A stretch of 64,000 bases of DNA from Paecilomyces variotii (GCA_004022145.1 RCNU01000005.1); one strand, 5' to 3'; numbered from the stretch's first letter, positions 1 through 13,477 are shown. A program made the numbers and translations. Notes: generated by a model from the sequence alone, not told the origin.

Positions 1-1544
1 AGCGTCCACTACTCCGTACATGGTCGTCACTACGTGCGACAGACAATAATAAGGCTGACTGACGGGCTCAGCTCCGTGATGTCTTCGATTCCAAATCTGA
101 TCCAGCAGAGCTGAGGTCGAACAGGCTGCCACTAGCCAGCGAGGACTGTCCGCGCGGAACATAGAACCATGGATACGCCCGAATAGGCAATCGATAGTTA
201 ACTACTCTGTATGGTACACCAGCTAGCCACCACGATGGATCTCTCCCAGCCACTTTCTTCTTTTCCGTTGTGGAACCTTGACAATCCACCCGGATTCCGG
301 GACTGAGTACGGAGTACGTATGGTAGAATTATTTCCTCGTACCTTGTGTCCCTTTTCGAGAAGCCTCGTTTCCGCCACATCGGAGACTCGGCAGATCCAC
401 CGTGCATGGGGCGATCCAGTGTACTCCGTATCGCGGAAGCGGCGTGGGACAGCATAGTCACGGATAGTCCGTACCATAATCGTGTGGCTGGTGGTGATCG
501 AGCCAAGTCAATAATCAACATCTCGATCCATGGTTGGGTATAAATGAGTATCAAATTTCCGTTACCGAGCTAGCAATCCCGCCGGCTGCGTATGCACGTC
601 GTAATTAACACTTGAACAATCGGAGCTGGAGCCGTGTTGCTTTTCCCCCGAGGCCATGCAGGATGGATGCGATGCGCACGTTGCGCTGTCGGGTAGGGAT
701 TCTGATATGTTTATTTTGGAGTTTCAGCTCATATACAAGGTACAGCCTGTTTGCTGTCCAGGAAACGCAGCGAGGAAGCATCGTGCTAGTCAGCCTGCGC
801 GATGCAAAGTAGATCATCTAAGACACATAACCAACTAGTTAGTCACTGTATCGCATGACACATAGGATTAGGACCACTTTGAACTGATCAATTCGCTAGT
901 GTCGACTTCCTGTATGCGATCGACATCCGACTTGGCGATCTTCTTTTTCGCGTCAACGGCAAGACCACCACACATGTCATTCACAGTATCCACTGAGAAG
1001 AATACATGTTAACAGACTATCAGATTCAATCAAGCTGGCAGCCAAGGAGCGATCCACGCAAGGAGGTGACGGAACAGAAACTGTACGGAGTATACCCGGG
1101 CCCGCAAGATACAACCCGTAGACGCGATCGATCTTGTATCCGCAAGTTCCCCCGCTTGTCTTGCCGTGCAGCCGTTCTGACTTCCCATGGAACAGTTCTC
1201 GCTGTGCAGTGTGGAGTGTCCGCAGAACAAACCCGCCTTACATGTTCTCGTAGTTCTTCCAAGCACGAAGTCGATAGAGCTGTCCCGTTTCGATAACTAT
1301 AAGCAGCACGAACCTGTCCCTTATGCAAGGAGGTTCGTGTCTTACTCGTGATGTCGCGTTTTTGTCGGCTATTATTATTGATAAAGAAGTAAACAATGCC
1401 GGGGCATTGTCGTTTCAGGTGGCAACAAGAGGATGTATTTGGATATGAAGAGGGTCAATTGTCCGCTTATCTGGGCTGCGATTATTGCTTCTATGAAAAT
1501 GAGGGCGTTCCTGGGCCGATTGTGGTCACTACCTCACTGTTACC

Positions 1545-2200
1545 CTGGTGAACAGTAGTGGTTGTTCCCGGTGGGATAGGAACCTCCAGATGCACCGTGT
1601 TGTTGGCAGCAGAGGACATCCCGTGTCTGCCATAATTTAGTAACTAGCAGGAATAGTCTCGATAAGCAGGATACTTAAGTATACTCACGTGAAGAACTTC
1701 CCCGCCATGCTCGCAACCTTTGTTTTGCGTCGAAACAAGATCTTTGCCCAAAACGATGACTGAACAGCCTAAGCGTAGAAAGAGAGATAGTGCAAAGGAC
1801 CAACTGCTGCTCTGTATACTATCCTGTAGCTGCTAGCACGGCCACATCTAAATCCACGAAGACGGCCCTGAGGATACCGACCACTCCATGTGCTAGGAAG
1901 AACTGGCCGTCCCAAACGCAAACAGAGTCTCGATGGAAGTGTTGGCGTGAGTAAAACCACCGCCAACATGAGGAGCGGCCTTGATTGCACGATAGCCTGG
2001 TTCATATGTGAGATAACGCCCTATGCCTTCTCGAAACCAAGAGGCAATAGCATCCAGAGAATAATGGTTATGTGATCCCGTTGCCTTGCCCTCTTTTGTA
2101 TACCCATCCCAGTTTTCCCATATAGTGGTTGCGCCGCTGTTGACCATGTGTAGTCATAACGGCCTCTCCTTCCTCGTGCACGTCGTTCAAGGAAGTTTAT
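1545..2200 (-). pseudogene. Remnant of GH78 alpha-L-rhamnosidase C-terminus
   Basis: ORF 1893..2147 reads GATTIWENWDG...SHNHYSLDAIASWF...PGYRAIKAAP..GGFTHANTSIET.FG, typical of the GH78 C-terminus. It hits an in-frame stop where a Trp is expected. VHLEVPIPPGTTTTV lies separately at ~1550-1600. No N-terminal domains are visible. Confidence 0.65.
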
Positions 2201-2624
2201 CAAACGACACATACTCACGTTTTGCATTCAAGAACCTTAGTTATATCTCCATAACGCTGATAAAGATTCTGGTATCATGACGCAAGAATATCGCCATCCA
2301 CATAACGAGGAGACAGATCCCAATGTACTTGGAGTCGATCCTGAATGTATGGACATCTCGTTGTTGATAATCGGGTAAATAGCCCCATATGGAAACAGCT
2401 CAACTTGCAGGTTGCGAAGAAAGCGGCGGAGTTACGCTTGAACATCCATGAAAAGAGTTTCTGACCGAGGAAAGACTCGGGTATGTCACGTTGGACAGTC
2501 CGCAGGAGTATCCAGAAAACTAGAACGCATCTCCAAATCAATGGTGTATTAACAAAGTATGAGGATAATACATGCTTTATATTCTATATATTCTTCGAAA
2601 TGAACAATTGACGCCCAGAGCATT

Positions 2625-4055
2625 TCAGTAATCAAAGAACCAAAAAGTATCTTGTAGTATACAGCCGTCATCTCGACTCGGATATGTCACATCATTGAGA
2701 TCCCACCACCTGCGAACAGCAAAATCAATCTGTTTCCTCTCACAGGCATACTCTATACTATCGTGTATTTCTTCTTCGATCAAGAAATCAATGTATATCT
2801 CGATCTGGCTTAGTCGAGGCGTATAGGTCTGTTTGTTCCTCACGAGATCTTCCAGTTGCGAGACGAGGGCATGTCCTTGGTCACCGATGCATTCAGTAAT
2901 ACACAAGGTCTCGATAGATGGAGGCAACAGACTGGTCAACCGCTGCATGGGGACTATATGGGGATGACTGGTGGTCCTGGGCGACCATGAGAAAAGGTTC
3001 GGAAGACGGATATGGAGTTTTCTCAGGCGCGAGAAATCCTGGAATGATCCAATCCAGTCATTTTCTCTTTCATAGTATGGATAGCTGTAATCACCGTAAT
3101 CTATCCAGAGCTCCTCGAGAGACCCCTTGGTAAGCGGGAGAGACCGGCGAAAGCAATCGGGACGGAAGCCAGCAGCAGGAGTGAATTCAGTATATCTAAG
3201 ATATTTTATAGCTTTGCAGGACTTTATCAGGCCTAGCAGGCCGTCTTCGCTCATACCCGAGGATATATTAAGCTTGGTAATGGGCGATGACCCGGGTTGA
3301 AGTGAAAGTTCTTGGTCCGCTCCTCCTCCATGGACTGGCGGGAATGCGATCTGATGTCCACGGAGGGTTTGCAGAGCCGGCAATTTTGCGAACTGTGTGA
3401 TATCGAATGCCACATACGAGCTATGAAAGACACCATCGCTATCATCCTCGTAATATTCGACATGCCATAGCGCCGTGATCTCGTTGAGAGTTGACAGTGG
3501 ATCCCGAGTCGTGAATGGCCGCTGTCTATTTATAGCTCTTTCTAGCATTCGTGGTATGAACCTCGTCTTTGCTGAAAATACGAAGCGAAGCGACTTCAGA
3601 TTAGACAGAGCGGGGAAAAGCAGTGCCAGCCATGCATCGCAATATCCTCCAGCGATGTCGATTTCCCATTCCTCCCGGTCCTCTGCTGAGATGGCGGCCG
3701 TATTCAAGGCCTCTCCGACGAGAACATCGTCATATTCAAGATCTGGATTTAGAGCACATGGCCCCACCCAGGTCAATTCGGTTTCCTGAAGCTCAAGGGA
3801 GAGATGGAGAACCGACCGCGCTAGGTGCGGACGTCGTAAGATTGTTTGAACAAATGATACAGCACGGCGAATCTCGCCCAGGCCGGCGTAATCGTGTGGA
3901 GCGACAGGCTCCCGATACAATTGAGGAAGCAGCAGATTATACAGATGGCGGCAAGTATATAAGAAATTAAGAAGATCATTTCGACTCCCAATGCTTTGTG
4001 AGATAAGGATGATGATCTCGGTGGGCAGCACCGATACTAGAGCCGGGGCAGCCAT
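2625..4055 (-). CDS. F-box domain protein with LRR-like C-terminal region (476 aa, single exon)
   Basis: N-terminal LPTEIIILISQSI...DLLNFLYTCRHLYNLLLPQLY F-box-like motif followed by LxxLxxLxL repeats. Confidence 0.8.
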   Translation of the reverse strand: MAAPALVSVLPTEIIILISQSIGSRNDLLNFLYTCRHLYNLLLPQLYREPVAPHDYAGLGEIRRAVSFVQTILRRPHLARSVLHLSLELQETELTWVGPCALNPDLEYDDVLVGEALNTAAISAEDREEWEIDIAGGYCDAWLALLFPALSNLKSLRFVFSAKTRFIPRMLERAINRQRPFTTRDPLSTLNEITALWHVEYYEDDSDGVFHSSYVAFDITQFAKLPALQTLRGHQIAFPPVHGGGADQELSLQPGSSPITKLNISSGMSEDGLLGLIKSCKAIKYLRYTEFTPAAGFRPDCFRRSLPLTKGSLEELWIDYGDYSYPYYERENDWIGSFQDFSRLRKLHIRLPNLFSWSPRTTSHPHIVPMQRLTSLLPPSIETLCITECIGDQGHALVSQLEDLVRNKQTYTPRLSQIEIYIDFLIEEEIHDSIEYACERKQIDFAVRRWWDLNDVTYPSRDDGCILQDTFWFFDY

Positions 4056-4637
4056 CCTGTTTTGGTAGGACGATGAGAAACGGCCAAGCGAATAGGCACC
4101 GCGCAGGTAGTACTGTCAACGCATAAACGCTAGACCACCGAGTTCGATTAGATGTTCATCTTCGTGGCCCAAGTCACATTAGTTTTCGTCTAGTCGATCC
4201 CGGTTTTAGGATGCGTCTTTGATTTGAGACTGTCCGCTCAGGCAGCGCATTATGATGACATAGATGCAAAACACGCAGCAGATCCAACACCCGGAGATGG
4301 ATAATATCGTCAATGTACATATGGCCTAAGTAGCGACAACAATATGAACGACTTTCGATTGGCTATGGAGAAGACATGCATAAGGGATTTCAATGATGTT
4401 AAGCCAAGGAATATATCATGATCATCAAGAATATCCGGGTATTTTTAGCGCCGGAAGCCGTAATATAAGTCAGGTGATCGACTACTTAGCGCGGATCGCC
4501 TGTAACCTGGAATCTAGATACACCTCTCTCTCTCTCTCACCGTTGTTCAGATTCTTTCAAAGAATATACCTTTTTATTCCCCCAGTAATACTGCCTCCAC
4601 AAGTTATACCAGAAATCCCTCTTACACTTAGGACGAA

Positions 4638-5023
4638 ATGAGTCAGGCTACTCCGGTGCGGGTAATCCTTCGATATCGCGAACAACCTTTTCAAGACCTG
4701 AACGCAATCATCAACGCTTTCTTTAAATGGCGAGATATTCAACCTCTAGACGACTACTGTACACATATATGTAGTAATTTTCATTCTTCTCGGTTATATC
4801 TCGTTCTCGATCTCTACTGCAAAACATGTCCAAATGTCAATCTCGACAAGTTAGACCTCGAAGTCTTTAAAGTCTCAGGAATTAATTCATTGTGCGTCAC
4901 CTCTTCTACGACCTAACTAAACTGACTATATTTAGTACATTTCGGGATCTCGGAGAGGTAGCTCGCAAGCAGGTTTACCAGCGATCCGTTTCTCTGGAGT
5001 GGGGGGAAGGAAACCACTCTAGT
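4638..5023 (+). CDS. Small hypothetical protein (~113 aa, 2 exons)
   Basis: ORF from ATG 4638. Intron 4892..4935 (GTGCGT...CTGAC...TAG) restores the frame to FTFRDLGEVARKQVYQRSVSLEWGEGKPL*. Confidence 0.55.
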
Positions 5024-6048
5024 CAGAGGAATTAGTCCGGTGTTGTTCCAGCACAGGGAGGACAAGATTCCGCTATATCCGTGTCTTGCCTATCGAGACT
5101 CAACGGGAGATCCCTCAGAAACCCGGAGGTAGATTGGCATGGGTCATTTGCAACCCTTCTTGCGGGTGTACAAAAGATAATGTGATCTCGATTCATGTGT
5201 TTGGGAGTACGCGTACAAGCTGCGTATATCTTGCAAGCCCATTCACACATTACCAGAGAGCGATGGAAGTCGACTAAACTTGAATAGCGCAGAGAGAACC
5301 TTCGCACAAAGCGGATCGTGATGCGAGAGACGAGCCTTCAAAGGAAAGGTAGCTCGAAAAGACGATCTATTGTCAATCAGCCGTTCACGCGTAGGCTTTT
5401 CGAGGCCCCTAATGACGAAAAATAGGTGCCTTCTCCATTCTTCTCATTCGACAAATCGTAGATTGAAAGTGCCACAGTCTCGACTTCCTTTCATCGGCTT
5501 AATGTCTTGACCATATGGCAGTCGTGCAGCGCTGTCAACGGGCCCAGAGTCGAGCTGAAATAGTCACGACTCTGCTGATATTGTTTCCATCTTCTGGATG
5601 TGCTTTCTTTGTCTGAAAATTCCCGGTGTCCCCTATCGTACCAGCTGACCGGAGCTAAAACTACCTCAAGCACATGGTCACCTGATAATCTCATTCTCTG
5701 GAAGATAAAAGACGATTAGCCCCATATAATGATAACGATGACGCATGGTCTAGGCTGATAGAACTATACCACTTATATCCTCTTCATATGAGAACTTACA
5801 GGACGATGAAAATAAGCACGAAAGGATAAAAACTTTTTACCTCTCAATTCTACGTCACTCAATAGCATCTGAAGCGGAAATGTTCCTAAGCCCCATCTGG
5901 TCGGGACTTCCTCGACTCTGCCTAACTGTTGCCTGAAAGGAGATCTTCAAAACTACTCCAAGAAAGTCAAACTTCCTCTCTTCATCTATCAGACAACACA
6001 ACATACCATCACACATTGATTGTTAAGAAAGCTCGAATCTCATCAATC

Positions 6049-6943
6049 ATGTCACAACCCACCGTCCCTGAGACTGTCCACAAGGGCGACCTTATTCTCG
6101 CCTACAAGCCCAAGGAGGCACACATGCTGCTTGTGGTGTCTGCCCCTGACGATACTAATAATACCAATATCATCCAAGACGCTTCTTCCATCATGGTGCA
6201 GAGGGTTAACTGGCATATTCCAGATTCGCCCGGCTTCTGGACCCTGTACGGCCCAGAGGTGTATTATGTCGATAAAGACGAGGAGGACGAAAAGGACGAA
6301 AGATTCCACAGGTGGTATTGTCTCTATGATGACCATTCCAAAGATCTCGAGGAGGAGTCTCTTGATCGCTTTCTCAAGTCGATGGCTGTCACCGATGCGG
6401 ATGCCAAAGATAACCACACGGGGGTTGCCCTCATCGTGAATCCTCATGGAAGGTACGTCTCCTGTCAGACGCATTTGCGCTCGTGATTCTCTACGATCTA
6501 TCATGTGGAAGGAATTTACTAAAAAAAAAAAAAAAAACCCTTGTAGGGATGTTATCAAGCATTACTTTCATGGCAGTTGCCCCCATTGCGGAAGCACGGG
6601 GTGGTTCTGCCCCGGATGCGGGGGCGTAGGTACACGGTTTCCCGATCTTTTTGGCAGCTGTGCGGTCGACCAGTCATGCCCGGTTTGCATGGGATATGAG
6701 TTTGCTCTCGAAGATAAAGGGATACTTCGAGAACTGGACCGGCTAGAATATATCCTCTACGACTACAAAGACAGTGGTAATATGTCGGGGCTATGTAAAG
6801 CACAGATGGCGAAGACAAAAACGGAGGCTCTTGAGTTGGCAGAGGAAAGATTTGCACTCATTCATGCCAGAAAGGTCGAGATGGGTCTCAATTCGGAGAA
6901 TGAGAAAAAGAGCTTACAGGATTGGAAGGACTGTTATTTGTGA
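6049..6943 (+). CDS. Hypothetical protein with Cys-rich (3x CxxC) putative zinc-binding region, 2 exons
   Basis: ATG 6049 (MSQPTVPE). Intron 6453..6546 (GTACGT...TACTAA...TAG) joins the two overlapping ORFs in frame as NPHGRDVIKHYFHGSCPHCGSTGWFCPGCGG...CPVC. Confidence 0.7.
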
Positions 6944-7834
6944 TGGTCTCGATTGCCGCAACATTGAGCGCGCTTAGAACTCACATTGACAGCGAGTATC
7001 AAAAGTCGCTATTAGGGCTAACTATTGTGTCAAAGAAAGTGCGATTTCTATGGGAAATGTTTGCTCTCGGTGTTAGGTATCTATGTTTCTCTATGGAACA
7101 ATACACAAACAAATCATAGCTTTACACATCTTGCGATCGACGTGATCTACTGAGTCATCTAACACGACCAGCCATGACAACATGTCCTCATTCTCCTTGG
7201 ATCACAGAGACATATCTAGAAACCAAAGCCATAGTGAAACCCTATGCTCCTACATGACGAGTCTACTGTAAGCACAAGTCAAATCGAGGTTCAACGAGTC
7301 TTGGTACGTTTCGCGGGGAAACATCACGTTGACTTCTCAGCGCAGAATGAATCCAGCTGCGCAATACGATCCTCTTGGAGACAGAGCGTTTCCCCCCATC
7401 CAAGGGCCGTTCATTGGTACGTGGTAGACACCACGTATTGCGACTGTGTACTTCCAGTCGAGTTCGTACCCTGGTGATGGCTGAATAACAGCTATGATAG
7501 TATGTCATTTCCGGTGCCTTGAATACCGTGCTCAGCGTTCTCCCTATCTTGGATATGCTGCTTGCGATGTGATAATCCCGAAGTAACTGTCTTGGCAATA
7601 TGATCCATGCCATATGTCATAATTTTGGGTTTGTTGGAAGATTTCTAGATTGCGGCTTCTGTTCAAACAGCAGGCAAATGTTTTACCTCAGGACTCCGGG
7701 GATAAGATATCATACTCCTTTCCAGCTCTATATGAGAGAGTATGCTAGCATGCAATCCAAACGCCAAAAGCAGATCTTTTTTTGTTTCAATGAAATCAGC
7801 AATTCTCGTGTATCGTTGCCCGATCGAGACACGC

Positions 7835-9363
7835 CTATACCGCGTGGCTGAAAAGGTACGACACTGATTCTCCGTTGTGGGTTCTCCGGATAGCCTGTAT
7901 TGACGTTAGGAACTGGCTACTGAAAATTGGGGACATGTGTGATCACTTACCTCGGCCAAAGTTCCCGACACATCGATGACCTTCAGTTTAGGGCAGCGTT
8001 CAATCTTGTCACCAACTGTTGAACATGAAATGTTAGTATTCATATGAATCGGAAAGTAGGGAAGCAACGAGAGCCATGACTGGCATCGCAGAATCGACAT
8101 CACTAGCTCAGGGCAGATCTTGAAGCTAGAAATAAGCGCTAGGGAACATACGTGGAATAGCTAAGAGAAACTGGTTAGCATTTGCACGGTTGAATGAAGT
8201 TAAGAATTATGTCGATAACGTACTGTTTGTGACGACCAGACCAGTGAGACATGACTGGTTGACGTTCTCAACGGCATTACCGCTCAAGATACCATGAGTA
8301 GCAATGGCAAAAACTTCCTTGGCACCGTGTGCCTTCACTGTCGCTGCTGCCTTCGCGAGCTGAACACCAGACAGTCAGTATGCATTGAACAGTAATCGCT
8401 TGTAGCTAATTGTCAAGACTCGAGAACATACGGTTCCGCAAGTGTCCGCCATATCATCGACGAGGATAGCAATCTTGTCCTGGACGTCACCGACAAGGAC
8501 CATGCGTCCAACAACGTTGGGTCGAGGGCGCTCCTTGTGGATAAGCGCAAATGCCGTGTTCAGTCGATCGGCAATAGAGGTTGCGCGCTTCGCACCACCA
8601 GCGTCCGGAGAAACAATGACGCAGTTTTCGACATCCAGGTTCTCTCTGACCCAGTTCAACACCGACGGCTCAGCGTAGAGGTTATCCACAGGGACGTTGA
8701 AGAATCCCTGGATCTGAGAAGCGTGCAGGTCCATGGTAATGACGTGATTCTAGAGTTCGCACCATCAGCGCCCGTTATCTTTGCTCCTAGCTCGTGGTTG
8801 AGGCCGACTTACGCAACCGGACACCTGCAGCATGTTGGCTACCAGCCTTGCGCTGATGGGAGCGCGAGACTTGTCCTATACGAATAATCAGCATGACCGG
8901 ATACACAATTCCCTAGTTCAGACGTACCTTCTTATCTTGACGGGCGTAAGGGAAGCTGGGAATAACCGCAGTGATAGAGCGCGCGGAGGCGGTGCGGCAA
9001 GCGTGAATCATGATCAACAGTTCCATCAGGCCGTCATTGACCTCGCCTGGTGCAGTAGACTGGACGACATAGACTGAGGATAGTATAAGAATACGTCACC
9101 GGCAAAATGTCGGGCAAAGTACACACCATCTTCGTCTCGAACAGACTCTCCAATAGTGACGCTCGTCTCCTGATTGGAATAGTTCAAACTGATTGTCCTT
9201 GCGACATCGATACCGAGTCTACAACGATGTCAATCCCAGTCCTATTATCCCAACAGCATTGTTTTCAGATCCAATTCGCATACCGGGCTGCGATCTTCGC
9301 GCTGAGGTCTGGATGCGAGCTTCCAGAAAGAAGCTTGATTTCATTGGGAATCTTGGCCGACAT
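7835..9363 (-). CDS. prs: Ribose-phosphate pyrophosphokinase (PRPP synthetase, Prs2/4-like), multi-exon
   Basis: [18 protein letters not shown] start; [42 protein letters not shown] motifs; ends [19 protein letters not shown]. Confidence 0.95.
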
Positions 9364-10601
9364 TTTTTCTCGAGCGTCTCAAGGAGTGCTTATCGAACGA
9401 TCGTAGAGAATCAGAAGGAAAGAGAGAAAAGAAAAACGATCGAAAGACTGGTATCCCATTGGTTAGTGCGGGGAACTTTCGTATGTTCGGGCGAAGGGTT
9501 CGGGGAAATTAGCAAGGGTCTGAGCAAGTTCTCGGTGCTGGTAGTGGTTTCTCAAACTGGAATATGAACGGAGTACTCACGATCAGATGGCTAGAGCCGT
9601 TATCGAAGGCTACTGATCGATGCGCATAGAGAATGAGAGGTGTTAGTGGACTCGAAAAAGCGCCTTCGAGATGTCCGTCAAAATTCGAGATCATGTGACT
9701 GCGTAGAAACTCTGCGCCAACTGACTTCCGATCTTGTGTCGGCAGCGACGCCGACCCATGGACCGCAGGCGAATCCAAAGCGAGTCTTCAGATGAGACTA
9801 ATCGGCGCCTATTTTGTACGGCGCGGGTCCAAAATAGGCGCCGATTACCATAGTTAGAGCGTTTATCCGGAGAGTCTGGTGTAGAAGTCCTATGAAATTT
9901 CATGTAAGTATGCACGTGCAGTAGGATAAATTCCATAGCAATGCTTCCTCAGGCCGCGATGTTCCAGCAGAGCTCAATATTTCGGAGGATAGCGCCAAAG
10001 ATCCATCCCCGCAGTGCGAGATATGACGATCAAGTACTACGCAGTAGCAATAAAGCAGTTAGCTACCTACTGATATATACCGCTCAGGTCTCATAGACAA
10101 CAATCTTAATATAGTCACCTGGCCGTGATAGTCCAGGAACAAGGCTAGAATGTATGTAGTACGATGTCATCTTTCTGCGCTGACAGCCGAGAAAATCTCT
10201 CTCAGCCGATATCATAAAAAGTCTTGGCATCTGCAACATGTAGTAAAGGAACCAGTCTGTCATTTTTGCGTCGACAGGTATGACTATAGATGGCAAGATG
10301 GTGGTCCATACTCCAGATGTGGAGATGTCAGTTCTTCTATGGAGAATCCCCGAAAATGGCGATGTTGATGCCGTGTCTAAGCCTTTCTCGGAAATCGTCG
10401 GTACCGCAAGAATGAGGCCCGTGGGTTTTCCTCGACTCACTCTGCCGGATGCCTACGGGAAACAGAAAGCTAATAGGTAATTTAAATAGCATTCAGAGAA
10501 GGAATATGATTGCCAAGATTATATTCCCTCCCAAGTACACAGCGAACGGTACTTTGTGGATCTAGATATCGGCGATTGTCGCGCATAGCTCGCCACTCAA
10601 T

Positions 10602-12071
10602 ATGAATGGCGACGTTACAAGTCGCAGCACTCCTGTCCCTCAACAGACGTCCTGTAATGCCCCTTCTATACAGTGTCAAGAGCAGAGGGCGTTAAACAAG
10701 CATGAAGTCGGTTGGAGGAGGATCGTTCGGAACTTTACCCCATCGTATGCATTATTGGATGAAGACCCCTGTATACACATGCTGACTGCCAATCAGATGG
10801 TTTTCGGTGACTATGGGTACAGGCATTGTTTCTGTACTGCTCAACAGTCTACCATACAACGGCATATGGCTGTATTGGATCGCCAATGTCATTTTTGCAC
10901 TCAATGTACTACTCTTTGTTGCAGGATGTGTGGTGTCCTTTTTGCGCTACGTTCTCTATCCGGAAATTTTCAAAGCTATGATCATGCACCCGGTACAGTC
11001 TATGTTTATGGGTACTTTCCCCATGGGTTTGGCGACAATCATCAATATGTTCTGCGCAGTTTGTGTGTCAGCCTGGGGTGAGTGGACCAGGAATTTCGTC
11101 TGGGCGCTATGGATATTCGATGCTGCAGTATCGGTCATGATTGCTCTTTCATTGCCCTTTATGCTGTAGGTTGCTAACGACCAAGAGGAGAATCGATGCT
11201 GACAATACAATCTAGTATGGCGCACCACAAACAGTCAGAGCTCTCCAGCATGACAGCTGTGTGGCTTCTACCCGTGGTTACTTGTGTTGTCGCAGCCTCA
11301 TCTGGTGGTGTAGTCGCCGATGTCCTACCAAACCCACATCATGCTCTATGGACTATCATAGTCAGCTACGTCCTATGGGGAATCGGTATGCCTCTGGCAC
11401 TGATGACCATGGTGATATACTTTATGCGTCTTACGCTATACAAGTTACCCCCGAAAACAGTGATTGTTAGCGTCTTCCTCCCCTTGGGTCCTATGGGCCA
11501 GGGAGGTTTTGCGTAAGTTCCCACCCTCACAGGAACATCCCTGTACATTTTCAGCTCCTAATCATGGTTTATCTCCTTAGCGTTATGAAACTTGGTGCAT
11601 CAGCGCAGAATATATTTCCAAAAACTCACACACTCGAGGGCAGCGCTGGTTCAACTTTCTATGCAATGGGATTCCTGACCGCACTCATCCTTTGGGGCTT
11701 TGGTCTAGTGTGGCTGTTCTTCGCATCAGCATCTATCGTGCAATGTAGGAGATTTCCATTCAACATCGGCTGGTGGGGATTCACTTTCCCTCTCGGCGTT
11801 TATGCCGCGAGTACATGTCAACTGGGACGAGAGCTGCCCTCGACTTTCTTCTCGGTACTGGGAACAGTAAGTATTCATCTGCCTTCTGCTCACTCCAGTA
11901 AGATATCTAACCATTATCCAGATTCTTTCTCTATGCGTAGTGGCTCTCTGGATTGTCGTCTCCCTTGGCACTCTGAAGCGTGCTGTCACCGGGGACATAT
12001 TTCATGCTCCCTGTCTTGCGGAGATAAAACCCAAGCAAGAAGAGGGGAGAGACGCCAGCAAAGCTGCTTGA
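10602..12071 (+). CDS. TDT/SLAC1-family transporter (Ssu1 sulfite efflux / malate permease-like), 5 exons
   Basis: WRRIVRNFTPS|WFSVTMGTGI, QSMFMGTFPMGLATI, TAVWLLPVV, FLPLGPMGQG, FNIGWWGFTFPLG motifs with canonical introns. Confidence 0.9.
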
Positions 12072-12583
12072 GTAACTTTTCCTTGAAGTATATTTCTCGT
12101 ATTTGCCATTTGGCTAAAAGTTTGTAGCGTTGTACGTGTAATATTCTACGGCTTAGCGCATATTCACCTGATCTATATATTTTGAACTACTTAATGAAAT
12201 GGTCGAATGGAGGATATCCGCGAGAATCAACCTATTTCTAAACATACAGAATAGTACATATTACAATCTACAACTCACAAAAAGACAGCCTTTGAGGATT
12301 TAGATGTGGTGTCAGGAACGTAAATCCGAAAGAAGAATGAGGTCACTGAGCACTCTTTATTCAGTGCACGGACCATATTTAACTGCTAGAATATTTCGAC
12401 TCCGCACTGGGGTCACGTCTATACACCAATATTGTCCAACGCACAGTTCCATTTGCGATTGCTAACGCCAGTGGCAAAGTCAAACCAGCAATATCACCCA
12501 GTTATCTATATGTGATTCCTGCGCTGTGATCGAATTTACTCACTCCCGCAGGCTCCTATGAGAGCTACAAGGAAGCTGGCGCC

Positions 12584-13477
12584 ATGACTTCAACAAGCAC
12601 TACCCCGCGATTCTCCATCTTGATAATTAACCCGAATACCTCGAGGCATATGACCGATGCACTGAAACCCATCGTCAACAACCTGAATTACTCTGATGTC
12701 CATTTCGATTATTTCACCGCCCCCGCATTGACGTCAGTAACAATCGAGGAAACCGGGCGCGTCGTCCCCGGCGTACCAAGCATAAACTCCGGTGAGGACT
12801 CCGCAAACTCAGCACTGCATTGCAGACCCTTCCTCGAGCCTCTAATACCAAAACATGACGCGTTCTTGGTCGCCTGCTACTCCGCGCATCCTCTCGTGGC
12901 GATGCTGAAAGAAGATATAAAGAAACTGGAGGAAAGAGAAGGGTCAACATCGAACAGCAGCAGCAGAAGGAGGAAATACGTGACTGGCATATTCGAGGCA
13001 AGCGTCTCAGTGTCCCTGTCGCTGATCAGTTCTTTTCAGCTCCTAGGGACAGACGACCTCAGAAAAGTCCAGGCAGACGAGACGTTCGGTATCGTTTCGA
13101 CTGGCAGCATATGGAAGGCGGAACTAAGCAAAGCCGTGGCTGAAATGCTTGCAGGGCCAGGAGGCAGTATTCCTGGAACCATTGCGCGATTCGCTGGCGC
13201 TGAAACAACTGGCTTGACAGCGGTTCAACTGCACGACACCCCGCCGGATGAGGTGAGAAAGAGAATAAGCGATGCGACGGAGAGGCTTATTAAGAACACT
13301 TCTTCCCCGGTAACTGTCATTTGTTTAGGATGTGCAGGAATGGCAGGCATGGAAGAAGCGGTCCGGGCAGGCTGCATAAGGGCTTACGGCGGAGAGGCTG
13401 GGGAAAGAGTGCGTATTGTTGATGGCGTAGTCGCAGGTGTTGGATTGCTTGTCAATGCCTGCAAAGCACGATTCTGA
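12584..13477 (+). CDS. Asp/Glu/hydantoin racemase family protein (Dcg1-like)
   Basis: ILIINPNTS..MT, AFLVACYSAHPL, GIFEAS, ICLGCAGMAG, IVDGV motifs, with both catalytic Cys present. Confidence 0.9.
   Translation: MTSTSTTPRFSILIINPNTSRHMTDALKPIVNNLNYSDVHFDYFTAPALTSVTIEETGRVVPGVPSINSGEDSANSALHCRPFLEPLIPKHDAFLVACYSAHPLVAMLKEDIKKLEEREGSTSNSSSRRRKYVTGIFEASVSVSLSLISSFQLLGTDDLRKVQADETFGIVSTGSIWKAELSKAVAEMLAGPGGSIPGTIARFAGAETTGLTAVQLHDTPPDEVRKRISDATERLIKNTSSPVTVICLGCAGMAGMEEAVRAGCIRAYGGEAGERVRIVDGVVAGVGLLVNACKARF

Noticed and set aside
6446-6546. Apparent frameshift at a poly(A) run between overlapping ORFs
   Set aside because: A canonical GT-AG intron (6453..6546) contains the run and restores the frame.
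10084-10480. Short ORFs with a possible intron between prs and the TDT gene
   Set aside because: No recognisable motif and no consistent gene model.
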